The notes under the pieces were generated by a model. It saw nothing but the letters and a program-made list of their open reading frames with translations. It was not told the origin of the DNA and searched no databases. Of a DNA stretch of 64,000 nucleotides, positions 52,311-64,000 are shown piece by piece. A program made the position numbers and the translations under genes. How positions within the stretch are numbered: position 1 is the stretch's first letter; every line of letters starts with the position of its first letter. The stretch comes from the human T2T-CHM13v2.0 reference genome, Homo sapiens. The stretch is taken from assembly GCF_009914755.1 (NCBI RefSeq), contig NC_060932.1; one strand, given 5' to 3'.

Positions 52311-55159
52311 AAAATAGGCCCACATCCCATCCAAGAGGAGGCTCCACCTTGGTCTTGCCTCCCAGTGAGGTACTTTTGAATGTCACTTAGACTGAGAATC
52401 CCAAGATATCTCTAAAAGTGAATATGTATTGAGCATAGAGTGTACTCTGTCCCCAGCACTGTTCTGAGAACTGATATCATTTCATCTGCACAACTACCTA
52501 TGAGGCAGAAACAAATAAGGAACAGGTTGGGTAATTTGCTCAAGGTCAACAGTTAGCAAGGGCCAAGCCTGGCCTGGAACCCACGTCTTTGCAATTCTAG
52601 AGCCCACGACTTCATCCCCGATGGTTTTCTGCCTCCTGTCTACATGTGGAGATACCAAGCCATTAAAGTTTGAGCGGCTCCTGCCGCCTGTGATCACCCG
52701 CAGAACTGCTAGGAGTTTAGGACTAGACTTTATCATTTTATGGAGGATTTAAAGCTACTTTTATCTGTGGGGTATTGTTCCAAAACCAAGGCCATATATT
52801 TTTATGTGTTTTACGTAAGTGCATGTGTAATTTATTGATAGCAAGGTTTGCATGCATTTGTTCTGTGAATCAGCTCGGGCTGGACTTCCTGGGAATCCCA
52901 GGCGAAGATCTCAGGGTCTCTTTCTGCTGATGGCTCTCCCTTCCACGACCGGTCCCTTCCCTTCCCTGGGCTTCAATTTCCACGTTGGTAAATGAAAGGG
53001 TTAAGCTATTTCTACAATCCCTTCCTTCTTGGGCATTGTTGATTCCTGGGAAGCCCTGACGAAGAGAGAGGACGGTAAGAGTTTACCTAAACGTCTCTGC
53101 ACCCCATGCTTGAAAACTCAAAGATCAGCCCCGAAGCGTCCATGAATCCTGGGACAAAGAAAAGGACTTCAAGGCCTCATACCTATCAACAAGAGAGATT
53201 CCTGCTCCTCCAGCCCCTCCACCCCTTCACTTTTGTGCTGAGGAACCCCCCATCACCAGGAGGAAGGAAGCCTGCCCAGTAAAGGGGCACTCCCAACAGC
53301 CCACCAGCTCCTGCGCCCAGCTGCCCCTGAAATCCTCGGACTCATTTTGTCCAGCAGCCTTGACTTTGTCAGGGGTACCAGTCATGTAATCCCTGAGGTG
53401 TCTACAAAACCCCGCAGTCATGGGCTCCATGCACACTCAAGAACAATGAGGAGCTTCAAAAGCTAAGGAGGCTTTTCCCAATGCTTCCATGGTGTCTCGA
53501 TGGTTCCTGAGGTCTTGATACTCTGCCATGGCTTGGCAGTTTGGAAATGGTTTCCTGGTCTGGCTGTCCTAAGGATCCCTGGTTGTGTGACTGGGAACAA
53601 ACCCTTCAACCTTCCAGGCACAGTTTTCTTCTGTAAAATGAGAGGGTTGGGTGCAAGTTTCCTGAGGCCCTGGGGCCTTGTGGCTGAGTTTATCTCCCCG
53701 ACTCCCTGTCCATCCTCCTATGGAAGTACTCATAAAGCATTTCACAGCCACAAGGAAAAGGCACACAAGGTCCCCCAGCCCCCACACACAGAGGAGCCAC
53801 ACCTGCACCCCTCCCTCAAGGCCAGGCTTCCTCTCCCCCAGCACACGCAAGTTCTTCTCGGCCTCCCAGCTCTTTTCAGCAGCTCCCCAGAATGGAACGG
53901 CCCAGCCATGGCTTCTCAGAGGACAGCTTCTTGGCAGAGCTGGGAGTGGGTGGAGTAGAGCACATTTTTTCCTTTGAGGTCCAAAGGGCTGTCAACCCTC
54001 TTCAGCTGCCCTGGGGCCCAACAGCCACAGAGAGAGATTTATGACCTGGATAGCTTTGATCCCAGTCTCCGATAAACATCAGGAACAGCTCGACCCTAAA
54101 CCCCGAGGAGAAGGTTTATGGATCAGAATGCAGCCTCCTGGAGAAAACGAGCCCAGGAGGGGGTGCCCAGGGACTGATTGGGCCCTTAAAGTTCTCTCAT
54201 CAACAGACCCACTGCCATCTGCCCTTGCTTTCTGGGGAAAGGGACACAGCTGGGTGGCTGAGGCCTTTGAACAAGAAGCAATGCTGATCAGAGAGAGGTG
54301 AAGATCCTGTCAAAGGTTAAACTGGGGAAGGGGTGGAGGCGGTGGGCCCAGGCCTCTGAAATTCCCCACCCTCGCTCACCTGTTCTTCCAAACAGCGTTG
54401 TCCATGTTTCTCTAAACCACACACCAAGACAGAGCAGAGAGAGAACGCACCAGATAAGATCTGAGCTGAGAAAGGAATGTTTCATCCGTGGGTTTTGTTG
54501 TCCCTGTTCTTCTTGTTGATACTGTTGTTCTTGGTGATGATGGGGGTGGTTAATTGCTTGATTATATTTCATCCCTGTCTTCTTTCCAAAAGGACAGGGG
54601 GCCAGGAGAGTCTGTGTGGTCACAAACCCTTCATAGCTTTTTCCCGTCCCCTCCACTTGACCATGTGGGATGGCAGGGAATCCACACCCTCTTGGAACAT
54701 CCCCTGTTTTGCTGATTGAAAAGAGATCCTAGAAACAGCACTACATCCAAGGTGAAGGAGGGGCCAGCCAGTCTCCTCTGGATGCCACCTCAGATGGGTT
54801 GCCTCAAGTTTAAGGTCTCAGCCACATCCATAAAACTGTTCCCCTCTGTGAAGCAACTTCTGCCATGGGGAGGTGGAGAAGGATCTTCTCAAAGCAAGTC
54901 CGACAGGCAGAGTCTTCACTCTCCGGGGTCCGGAGTGTTCTATAGACATCGGGAAACATACATCCATCTAAAAAGACACCCTAATAAACCTGCAGCTATT
55001 CATTGCACCCAAGAAACCAGCCTGTGGCCCACGCATGCAGGAATAAACACATATTTGCTGAGAACCAAATTGGGTCTAATGACCCTGGCCTGTCTCGCAG
55101 GGTCATCCTGAGAAATAGCTGATGTCAGACGACGAGCGTGAGCAGCTGTTCTCCATTTG

Positions 55160-55345
55160 CACTCAACAAGAGAAAAGGGCCTTAAATTTCAGCGGGAGGG
55201 ATTAAGGTTAAACATTAAGAACAGCTTCCTGGCTAGGAGGGTTGTGAAACACTGTAATGTGTTACCAAGGATGCTGTAGACATTCCTCTCTCAATGAGAC
55301 TTTAAAGAGGAAGGAGGTTGGTGATCTGCCCAGGAGGTTTTATTA
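55160..55345 (+). mobile_element. CR1/L3 LINE 3' remnant
   Basis: ACAAGAGAAAAGGGCCTTAAATTTCAGCGGGAGGGATTAAGGTTAAACATTAAGAACAGCTTCCT...GTTGTGAAACACTGTAATGTGTTACCAAGG resembles the CR1 ORF2 C-terminus. Confidence 0.65.
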
Positions 55346-55771
55346 GAAACTTTATTAGGTCATCTGGTCCATCCGCCTGAAGGCAAGGGCTTGGACTAAA
55401 CACCCACCAAGCAAGGCCTTTCTGGGCACAGGAAGGCCTCTATAGTCCTTCACAATCAAAAATGCTGAGAAACTCCCTGGGCCCTAGACAGTGAAAAGAG
55501 AAACCAGAGTCATCAGCGAGGCCACCCTTTGGGGCCTGATTTCAAGCTTTAGCTAGTGTTAGTCGCCCATAGCAATAAGAGGGAGAAATGTGATTTTCAA
55601 ACCCTCCGGAGACCAATACAGTTATTTACCAAACAGCACCAAGTGAAGCTTCCCCACCCACAGGGAAAGGACCATTTCCTGAAAATCAGGTCGGCCCCTG
55701 GCATTCCAAGGGCAAGCAGATCACCAGTTCTGACGTGTGGGAGCAAAAGGCAAACCATAAGATCACACATC

Positions 55772-56141
<370 letters not shown>

Positions 56142-56999
56142 CTAGATATGGGCAATGTCTTCACACAGTTACTTTGTATCAGAGTTAGGACTGGAAAACC
56201 CTGGTTAGGAGGCTGACTTTATCACTCACTACCTGCGTGACCTCAAGCAAGTCATTTAACAACCTCCGGCCCTCAGTAGCCTCTGCTACAAAATAAACAG
56301 TTTTTAATCAGGAAACCTAATACACGGAGCACTGTCATCAACTCCAGAGCACTATAGATGGAAAGTGACTGCCCTTGTTACCATCACTCTCACTTCTAGT
56401 CCTTTCTGTTCATCTAAGCTGCTGTAAATGTAGTCCTCTAACTTGGAGGGGATCCTTCTAAGTTCTCAGATTAACAGAAAAGTAAAATCTTTGATCTTTA
56501 AGACCATGGAAGGTATCTCGTTGGTCTTAGTCAACATCCCATCCAAGCCACTTGTTTTGCAGATGAGATAGGAGAGTATCCGCATACACTCAGAGAATGA
56601 CAGCAGAGAACATCCCAGGCAGAGGTCGGGGTGGGGAGGAAATGCCAAGGATAAGCTTGGTTGACCTCTCAGTGAGGCTCCCTGGCCCTGGGTATAATTT
56701 TCAACTCATTAACTTGAAATCCTAGGTATGCTAAGTCATTCTTTGGTCTCTATTTCCTTAGTAGCCTCTGTTTCCACAGCCCCCAAGTTGCCTGGTTCTG
56801 GGGTTAGCACCCGGGGGTGGGAGGGTCTCCCAAAGTCATTCTTGACTAACTTGATGAACCCCGGGAATCTTCCAGTCTCTCACCATCTTCAGCCCTCCCC
56901 ACCCACTCACCTCCTGCCCCGTCCCACCACTGTCTCTAAAAGGTCAGTTCCCACCCAAGGCAAGAGCAACTCAACAAAATACAAGGACATTTGGTAAGC

Positions 57000-57190
57000 A
57001 ACTATTATTTGCAAGGCTCTGGGTAAGCAGATATTATCTGATTTGACCCCCCTGCAACCATCATGCAAGATAGTTATCATCGCCCACCTTTTACAGATAA
57101 GCAAGCCATGAATCAGAGGTTACCCAACATGACCTAGTGACACACGTAGCAAAAGTGGCAGATCTGGGGGTTAAATTCTGGTCTCTGAGG
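57000..57190 (-). mobile_element. MIR SINE
   Basis: CACCTTTTACAGATAAGCAAGCCATGAATCAGAGGTTACCCAAC. Confidence 0.6.
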
Positions 57191-57710
57191 CCCCAACGTT
57201 TGAGGGGGCAGCTGCTCCTAACCCCGATCTGGGAATCCATCACTCTTCCTAAATGTTTCTGACATTGTCTGCCAGTTCTGATGCTGCAGCCCTCACCTTG
57301 ACCCCAGGCCTGAGTCCCCTTCTCGGTGAAATCCGATATCCCCTGGGATCGACCGAGGCCCGTCCCTATTCCCCAATTCCTGGAGTTCCATGGTGAATAA
57401 CAGACATGCCGTGGGGTGGCTTGCTGACCAAGACTTTCAAGCATCCAGATTCTATCACTGTGAGAGCCCGCTGCCTATCCGGAGGGTATGTCCCCTCACT
57501 CCATTGCCTGGGTGACACCACACCTTTGGGCCATGATATACCTGCAGAAAGGGACTCCTTGCAAGGCCTGCCCATCCTAGGGCACATCACCTGCCTGTTG
57601 TTGCACTTGGCCAGATTCCCCTTAGTCAAGCCCAGACTAAGGCACAGCAACCAGGCCTGCTAGAGGCACCTCCAGATAATGCCATGGTAGCACAGCAGTC
57701 AAGAGAACAG

Positions 57711-58025
<315 letters not shown>

Positions 58026-59149
58026 TCAGACTAACTAGCCGGGAGCTCTTGGACAAGTTCCCTATTTACACCTTAGTTTTCCCATCTATAAAATGGAAAT
58101 ATGAGTACCTACCTCACAGAGTTCTGATGAGAATTACATGAGCTAATGTTTGTGAGCACTTAGACCACAGCCTGGCACCTGGTTAGTACAACCTACATGT
58201 TATTAAACAAAAGTAAAGGCCTATACTCTGAAGTTTGAAAACCACAGGCCAGGAATCCAGTCATAGGCTCGGGGAATCGTGAGGTTGAAGGGAAACACCT
58301 TTCTCCCAGTGCGACTGTCCTTGCTCCCACAGCACCCACAGGTGAGCATGCAGCCTCTGGAATACCTGTAAAGATGAGGAGTTCACTACCTTACAGGCAG
58401 ACTAGCTCGATGTTAAACAATTTTAATATTTTTGTTTACCTTGAACAAAAAGCAGCCTGCCTGAGCTCTGAGTCCCAGAGCCTGCTCCCTTTCCCGTGAC
58501 AGCTCAACCCCGCATTCCCTCCTCATCCTGCTCTGGGCACCCTCAGCTGTGCACCGTGATTAGCAGGCGGTTTCCATGCTGGCGGGTCATGCAAACCAGC
58601 CCAGTGCATTTTTCCCTGCTCCCCACACCTTCTCTCTCCTGAACCCCCAGGCCAGCATACCAGCACGCACACCCGTGTTGACAGCTCCCAGGGCAGCTCA
58701 GCCAGGCAGGGCGTCGTCCAGAGCCAAGTGGATGGTGCCTGGGGACAAAGTAGAGCGTGTGGACTCTGAGAAAAGCCTCCAAACACAGGGCCTAAGACAG
58801 AGAAGGGGAGGCTTGTTCCAGAATCTGCCTTAACACCACAAAATGGACAGGTGAGGGGGATCTGGGAGGCACCAAGGAGTCTTCTGCCCCTTTGAAGGGC
58901 TTGAGCATCTGGGCTGAGCAGTGCCATCTTCTTCCATTCCTTTAATCAATGTTCACACGGATGGGAAGGATAATGCCAATGCTTGGGTGCAAGTGAAACT
59001 GATATTTTTTTGGGGGAGTCAGTGACAGGATGGGTGCCCAGAGTGAAAAGAGATTTTGGCAAACAGAAGAAAGGGCACCACAGGTAAAGACTCAAATAAA
59101 CTCCCTCCACCTCTTAGCTTGCCTGGAAGGACTGAAAAGGAGAAGATGG

Positions 59150-59360
59150 ATAATATTTATTTCAGGGTCTACCATGTGCTAGGTACCGTCCTTAGCCATT
59201 GACGGAAATGAACCAACACTGAGATAGATAACATAGACTCCATTTACAGATAAGGAAATCAGGACTCAGAGAAGTGACGCAGCATGCCCAAAGACACACA
59301 GCTTATGAGGGGCGGGGCAGAAATCAAACTCAGGGCCACCTTAGTGCTAAGTTCTTTCCA
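59150..59360 (-). mobile_element. MIR SINE
   Basis: CCATTTACAGATAAGGAAATCAGGACTCAGAGAAGTGACGCAGCATGCCCAAAGACACACAGC. Confidence 0.75.
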
Positions 59361-59414
59361 CTGTGTGAATAGGTCACACTGCCTCCTCGGTGCTACCAGT
59401 GCTGAGAGCCTCAC

Positions 59415-59707
59415 GTATGCACACACCATTCATGTAGAAACATATACACACACACACTCATGCACACACACTCATGTACACACATATACACATGCACACA
59501 CATACTCATGCACACACATACACATGCATGCACCAACACACATGCACACACACATGCACACACCTACACAGTTACACGCACGCACACACATATGCACCCA
59601 CACACATGCACACGCACATGCACACACCTACACACCCACATGCATGCACACATGTACGCATCCACATGCATGCACACACACACACTCATATACACACATA
59701 CACACAC
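59415..59707. repeat. Degenerate CA/CATGCA-rich simple repeat
   Basis: About 290 nt of mostly alternating purine-pyrimidine (CA, TG, TA, CG). Confidence 0.92.
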
Positions 59708-59739
59708 CAGTAGGCTCACATTGCCTAACCAGGACCCAC

Positions 59740-59950
59740 AGACCCGACACCAAGGCTAGGACTCTGAACTCTGAAACCAGATCACCTGGTTCAAGCCTTG
59801 GCCCAGCCTCTGGCTAGCTTGGTTGTGTCTCTGAGCTTCAGTTTCCTGTCTATAAACTGAGGATAATAACACCTACCTCACTGGGTTTGAGGGATGATGA
59901 AATGAGTTACTATTTGTAATGCACTTAGAACACTGAGCAAGCATGTGTCA
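59740..59950 (+). mobile_element. MIR SINE
   Basis: TCTCTGAGCTTCAGTTTCCTGTCTATAAACTGAGGATAATAACACCTACCTCA. Confidence 0.8.
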
Positions 59951-60510
59951 TACACGCAGGAGTGTGACAGAGAAAGCGCAAATAGGCCACAGGAAGCCAG
60001 GCCAGGGGTCATCCAGGTCTCCATCTCAAAACAGGAGGGTCCAGATGAAGCCCTCACCGCTTTTCCAAGCCAAACATCCTGGAAAGGGGAAACAGCCCAG
60101 CTCAGCTTTGAGCGACACTCTCCTGAGCAAATGGCAAACACTCCCGGGCTCTCAGAGGCGGCCCCCAGGGGCTCTCCGGGGACACAGGGGCTTTGTCCCA
60201 GCTGCTTTCAAAAGGTTGAACTGCAGGTTCTAAGCTGCTCAGTGTCCAGCCCAGAACAAGGCAGTGTCCAGTAAAACAGCCTTCAGAGGGAGGGGGCCAG
60301 CAGGGCTCTGCAGAGCCCTGGCCACAGGAATGCCCCAGACCCGGGGTGAGCTTGAGAACAGACACCCCCAGTGAGGGCAGCGGGGTTGGGGGGGCAAAGG
60401 GAAGGAGATGGGGCAAAGGAAAGGAGGCAGGGTCCTGAGGGTACCCCCTAAAGGAAACTGTGAGCCAGGCCTTCCTGAGTCCAGGGCCCCCATCAGCCGC
60501 TGGTTCATCA

Positions 60511-61010
<500 letters not shown>

Positions 61011-61239
61011 AAAATATAGCTTTTAAATTGGGCTCTTCTCTTATTCAACTATCAGGTAGGGAAGACACAAACAAGAGAGCCCAAGACAGACAGAGACAGA
61101 GATGGACAGAGAGAGACCCCTACCAGCATGCAGTGAGTGCTGGGGTTTTCCTCTTAGACATTTGGGGCCTTCTGATTTATTAGCAAACATCTGGATTCCT
61201 GATTTCCAGCCCAATGTGGAAAGGAACTGACAACTCATG

Positions 61240-61450
61240 ATCAATTCAGTCCAGCTCAGCAAATGCTCACTGGGCACCTGCCATGGACTAGGTCTCTAGG
61301 GAGGCACAAAGATGAATTAGACATGGCCCTTACCTCTAACAGCTTACAGTCTAGTTGAGGAGACAGAGAGCAAATAAATTATTATAAAGGAGATGCAGTC
61401 ACTGCTAGATGAAAGATTCAAACGAAATGCCACGGAAGCCCAGGAAACAG
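61240..61450 (-). mobile_element. L2 fragment
   Basis: CAGCAAATGCTCACTGGGCACCTGCC...AAGATGAATTAGACATGGCCCTTACCTC...GCTTACAGTCTAG. Confidence 0.7.
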
Positions 61451-61798
61451 AAATGTGGCAAGAAGGCTGAGAAGTGCGTGTGTTTGCTTTCCGGAAAGTG
61501 ATCTGGAATATTCATCAAAAGACTTAAACAATGTTCATAACCTTTGACCCAGAAATTCTGCTTTTAAGGGTCTGTTTTGAGGACATAATCAGAGGTATGC
61601 ATGAAGATTTATATGCAAAGACATATTTATGTCGTTTTTAACAGAAAAACATGGGGAAAAAATCACATGTACAAGAAGCACATTATATGTGAATAGGGTG
61701 AAGAGGGGAAGTCTTTCAAGCAGAGAGAAGAGAATAAGCGAGATGTTGTGGCAAGAGCAGCAGCTTCACGGACTAAAAGGAGGCCAACATAGATGGAT

Positions 61799-61802
61799 GA
61801 GA

Positions 61803-61841
<39 letters not shown>

Positions 61842-61872
61842 AGAGAGGGAGGGAGGGAGAGAGAGAGAGAGG
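61799..61872. repeat. (GA)n/(GGGA)n purine microsatellite
   Basis: Direct reading. Confidence 0.92.
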
Positions 61873-62049
61873 TGTAAGTGGAGATCAGAGAGCGGGATGG
61901 AGACCAAACGATGCAATCTTAAAGTTAGGGTTCTGGTGGCCATCCTCAAGGCCGTGGGAAAGAAAGCTTTGCCATATTTTCCATGGTGGGGAGGCATGAT
62001 CATATCTGTGTTTCCAAAAGAGCCTCTGGTTGCCCCATGGAGAATGCAT

Positions 62050-62220
62050 GCTAAGGCATCAGGCACCTGTCTAAGTATTGTACGTGTATTTGCTTATTTA
62101 ATTCTCCTCATCTTAGGAGACAGGGAAGCTGAGACTCAGAGAGGTGAAGCAACTTCCCTAAGGTTGCACAGCTAGTAACAGGCAAAGCCAGGCAGTCTAC
62201 CCCCAAAAAACTTAACTCCT
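62050..62220 (-). mobile_element. MIR SINE
   Basis: GAAGCTGAGACTCAGAGAGGTGAAGCAACTTCCCTAAGGTTGCACAGCTAGTAA. Confidence 0.75.
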
Positions 62221-63849
62221 GTGCTATCTGAAAAGAGGGTAGAGTATGGATATGGGCAGATCAGTCAGGAGCCACTGCAGTGCCTCGGGTGGGAGAAGAT
62301 GGAAGCTGCGAGATAAGCAGACTGCAAATGAAAAGAAAGGCAAATCAGAAGGACTTGTGATAGAAGAGGGTGATAGGGAGTGGGGAGCGGGAGACAGAGT
62401 GAAAGGGAGGGGCCAGGAGTAACCTCCAGGCCTCTCGCTTGCACTTCTCTGATTTGGAGGAAACTGAAGTGTGTTAATTACAGAGACACACACACCATGC
62501 ACACCCAGGAGACATAGCTGCGTATTGGGCAGAGAGAGGGCAAGAATCAAAGGAAAGATAACAAAAGGAAAGCAGCGGCTCTCTTTCAGTGGTAGGATGA
62601 TGAGTTATTTGTATTTCTTCTTTATACATGTCTATATTTTCTAAATTTCTTACAACAGGTGTATATCATTTTCATAATCAGAGTAAAATTAGTTAAACCT
62701 TCAAATTATGTGTCAGGATCTGTACAGTGTTTATCCTGCGATGTCCTTGGTTGTGCTGTAGGGATGTAGGCTATTTCCATCCACAGGACACTGTCTATAG
62801 GCACCTCTTGAAGTGTATGACCATGAGGGTGTCAGTGTCAGGCAGGAAGTGACAATCACCCTTCCACAAGCCCCCTGGGCTCGCAACCCACCCAGCTCTT
62901 CAAAAGCTACAGAAGCCCAGGGATGGCAGGCTCCATTCAGAGCCAGAGGGCAGATGTTTGAAGTCAATTCTCAGTAGGAATTCCAGACCTCTCCGAGAGA
63001 TCTTAGCTTCCTGTAGAGGAGCAAGTAACACAAGTCCAGCAGGACCTAGAACCAACCACACAGTGGCTGAATGACAGATGAATTCACTGTGGCCCCTCAG
63101 GGGTGGCAGGAGGGTCTTCCCTGGGCCCCTGAGAATCTCCAAATTCCTGCTTGGCTTCCTCTCCAGGTGCAAGCCCAGGCCTGGCAGGGCCAGGTGGGAA
63201 AAGGGCAGCTTCCTCGAAGACTGGGTGGGAAGAAGAGAACACACCATTCTTCTAACACCATCCCCTGCAGAACAGGAGGGAGGGTCAGAGCCTTGGGCCT
63301 CAGACAGAGACTCCAAGAGGTCAGGAGAACCCTGGCCTCTGGCCGAGTGATCAGGAGTCTGGGGGGCACCCACAGTATCCCAGGGGAGTGAAATGAGCTC
63401 CTTGTGACACTGTGGGGGGTGGGAGGTGCTAAGGAGATAGGGGCTCCATGAGACCCCAGAAGAAGATGGGAGTCTGCCTGGCAGGCGCTTCCGCAGGACA
63501 CCAGCTGCCTTCGCTGCAGTTAGAGGGACTCCTGGTTTCTAGAAAGAGTAGCGGTGGCTGCAGAGTCAGCACAACTTAGTTCAAAATCAGGCTGGGTTCC
63601 ATGTTAAAAAATGGTGATTCTGGCAACCATCTCACAGGGTTATTGAGGTCACAAGACCCCAAGGGGGAGCCACTGTGGTTGGCATATGGACTCATGCAGT
63701 AGAAGTATATTCACACACTATCTCTATGGGGTTTGTTGCTGGGTAATGTCTCACAGTGGCCTGTCCACAAGACCAAAGATTAAGCACACACATACAATAT
63801 GCACAGGTGTCAATATTCACTTCTTTAAAACTTTTTTAAAACTTTGAAA

Positions 63850-64000
63850 TTTTTTTCTTTTTAGACAGAGTCTCACTCCATCACCCAGGCTGGAGTGCAG
63901 TGGCTCAATCTCCGCTCACTGCAACCTCTGCCTCCCAAGTTAAAGCAATTCCCCTGCCTCAACCTCCCACTGAGTCCTAGGACTAGAGGAACCCGCCACC
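63850..64000 (-). mobile_element. Alu SINE, antisense, cut by the window edge
   Basis: AGACAGAGTCTCACTCCATCACCCAGGCTGGAGTGCAGTGGC. Confidence 0.93.

Noticed and set aside
53500-53958. 152-aa ATG-initiated ORF
   Set aside because: Overlaps a MIR fragment, with no domain or splice support
59284-59817. His/Thr-rich ORFs
   Set aside because: Translation of the CA-rich simple repeat

Overview
Primate (human-like) non-coding genomic DNA, either intronic or gene desert. It is dense in Alu (about 28 copies or fragments), MIR, L2, L1 3' fragments, MaLR/ERV LTRs (THE1, MLT1, MER41B-like), one CR1/L3 remnant and simple repeats. No ORF in the six-frame track looks like a credible protein-coding gene: most derive from Alu, L1, low-complexity or random sequence. 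I could not identify the locus or any gene symbol. Repeat-free islands of interest are a 3'UTR-like candidate minus-strand terminal exon (about 1805-2381), a candidate 38-nt minus-strand exon beside a perfect YY1 site (about 15.7-16.0 kb), and several homeodomain/PBX-HOX/MEIS-motif-rich blocks that resemble developmental enhancers. The best-supported observations are a full-length MER41B-like LTR retaining two GAS (STAT1) motifs, a four-layer nested transposon stack with readable target-site duplications (TSDs), a 22-bp minisatellite born inside an MLT1 LTR, and a strong Alu strand bias. I see no evidence for a new multi-gene system. Repeat subfamily calls are from memory of consensus sequences and boundaries are approximate.
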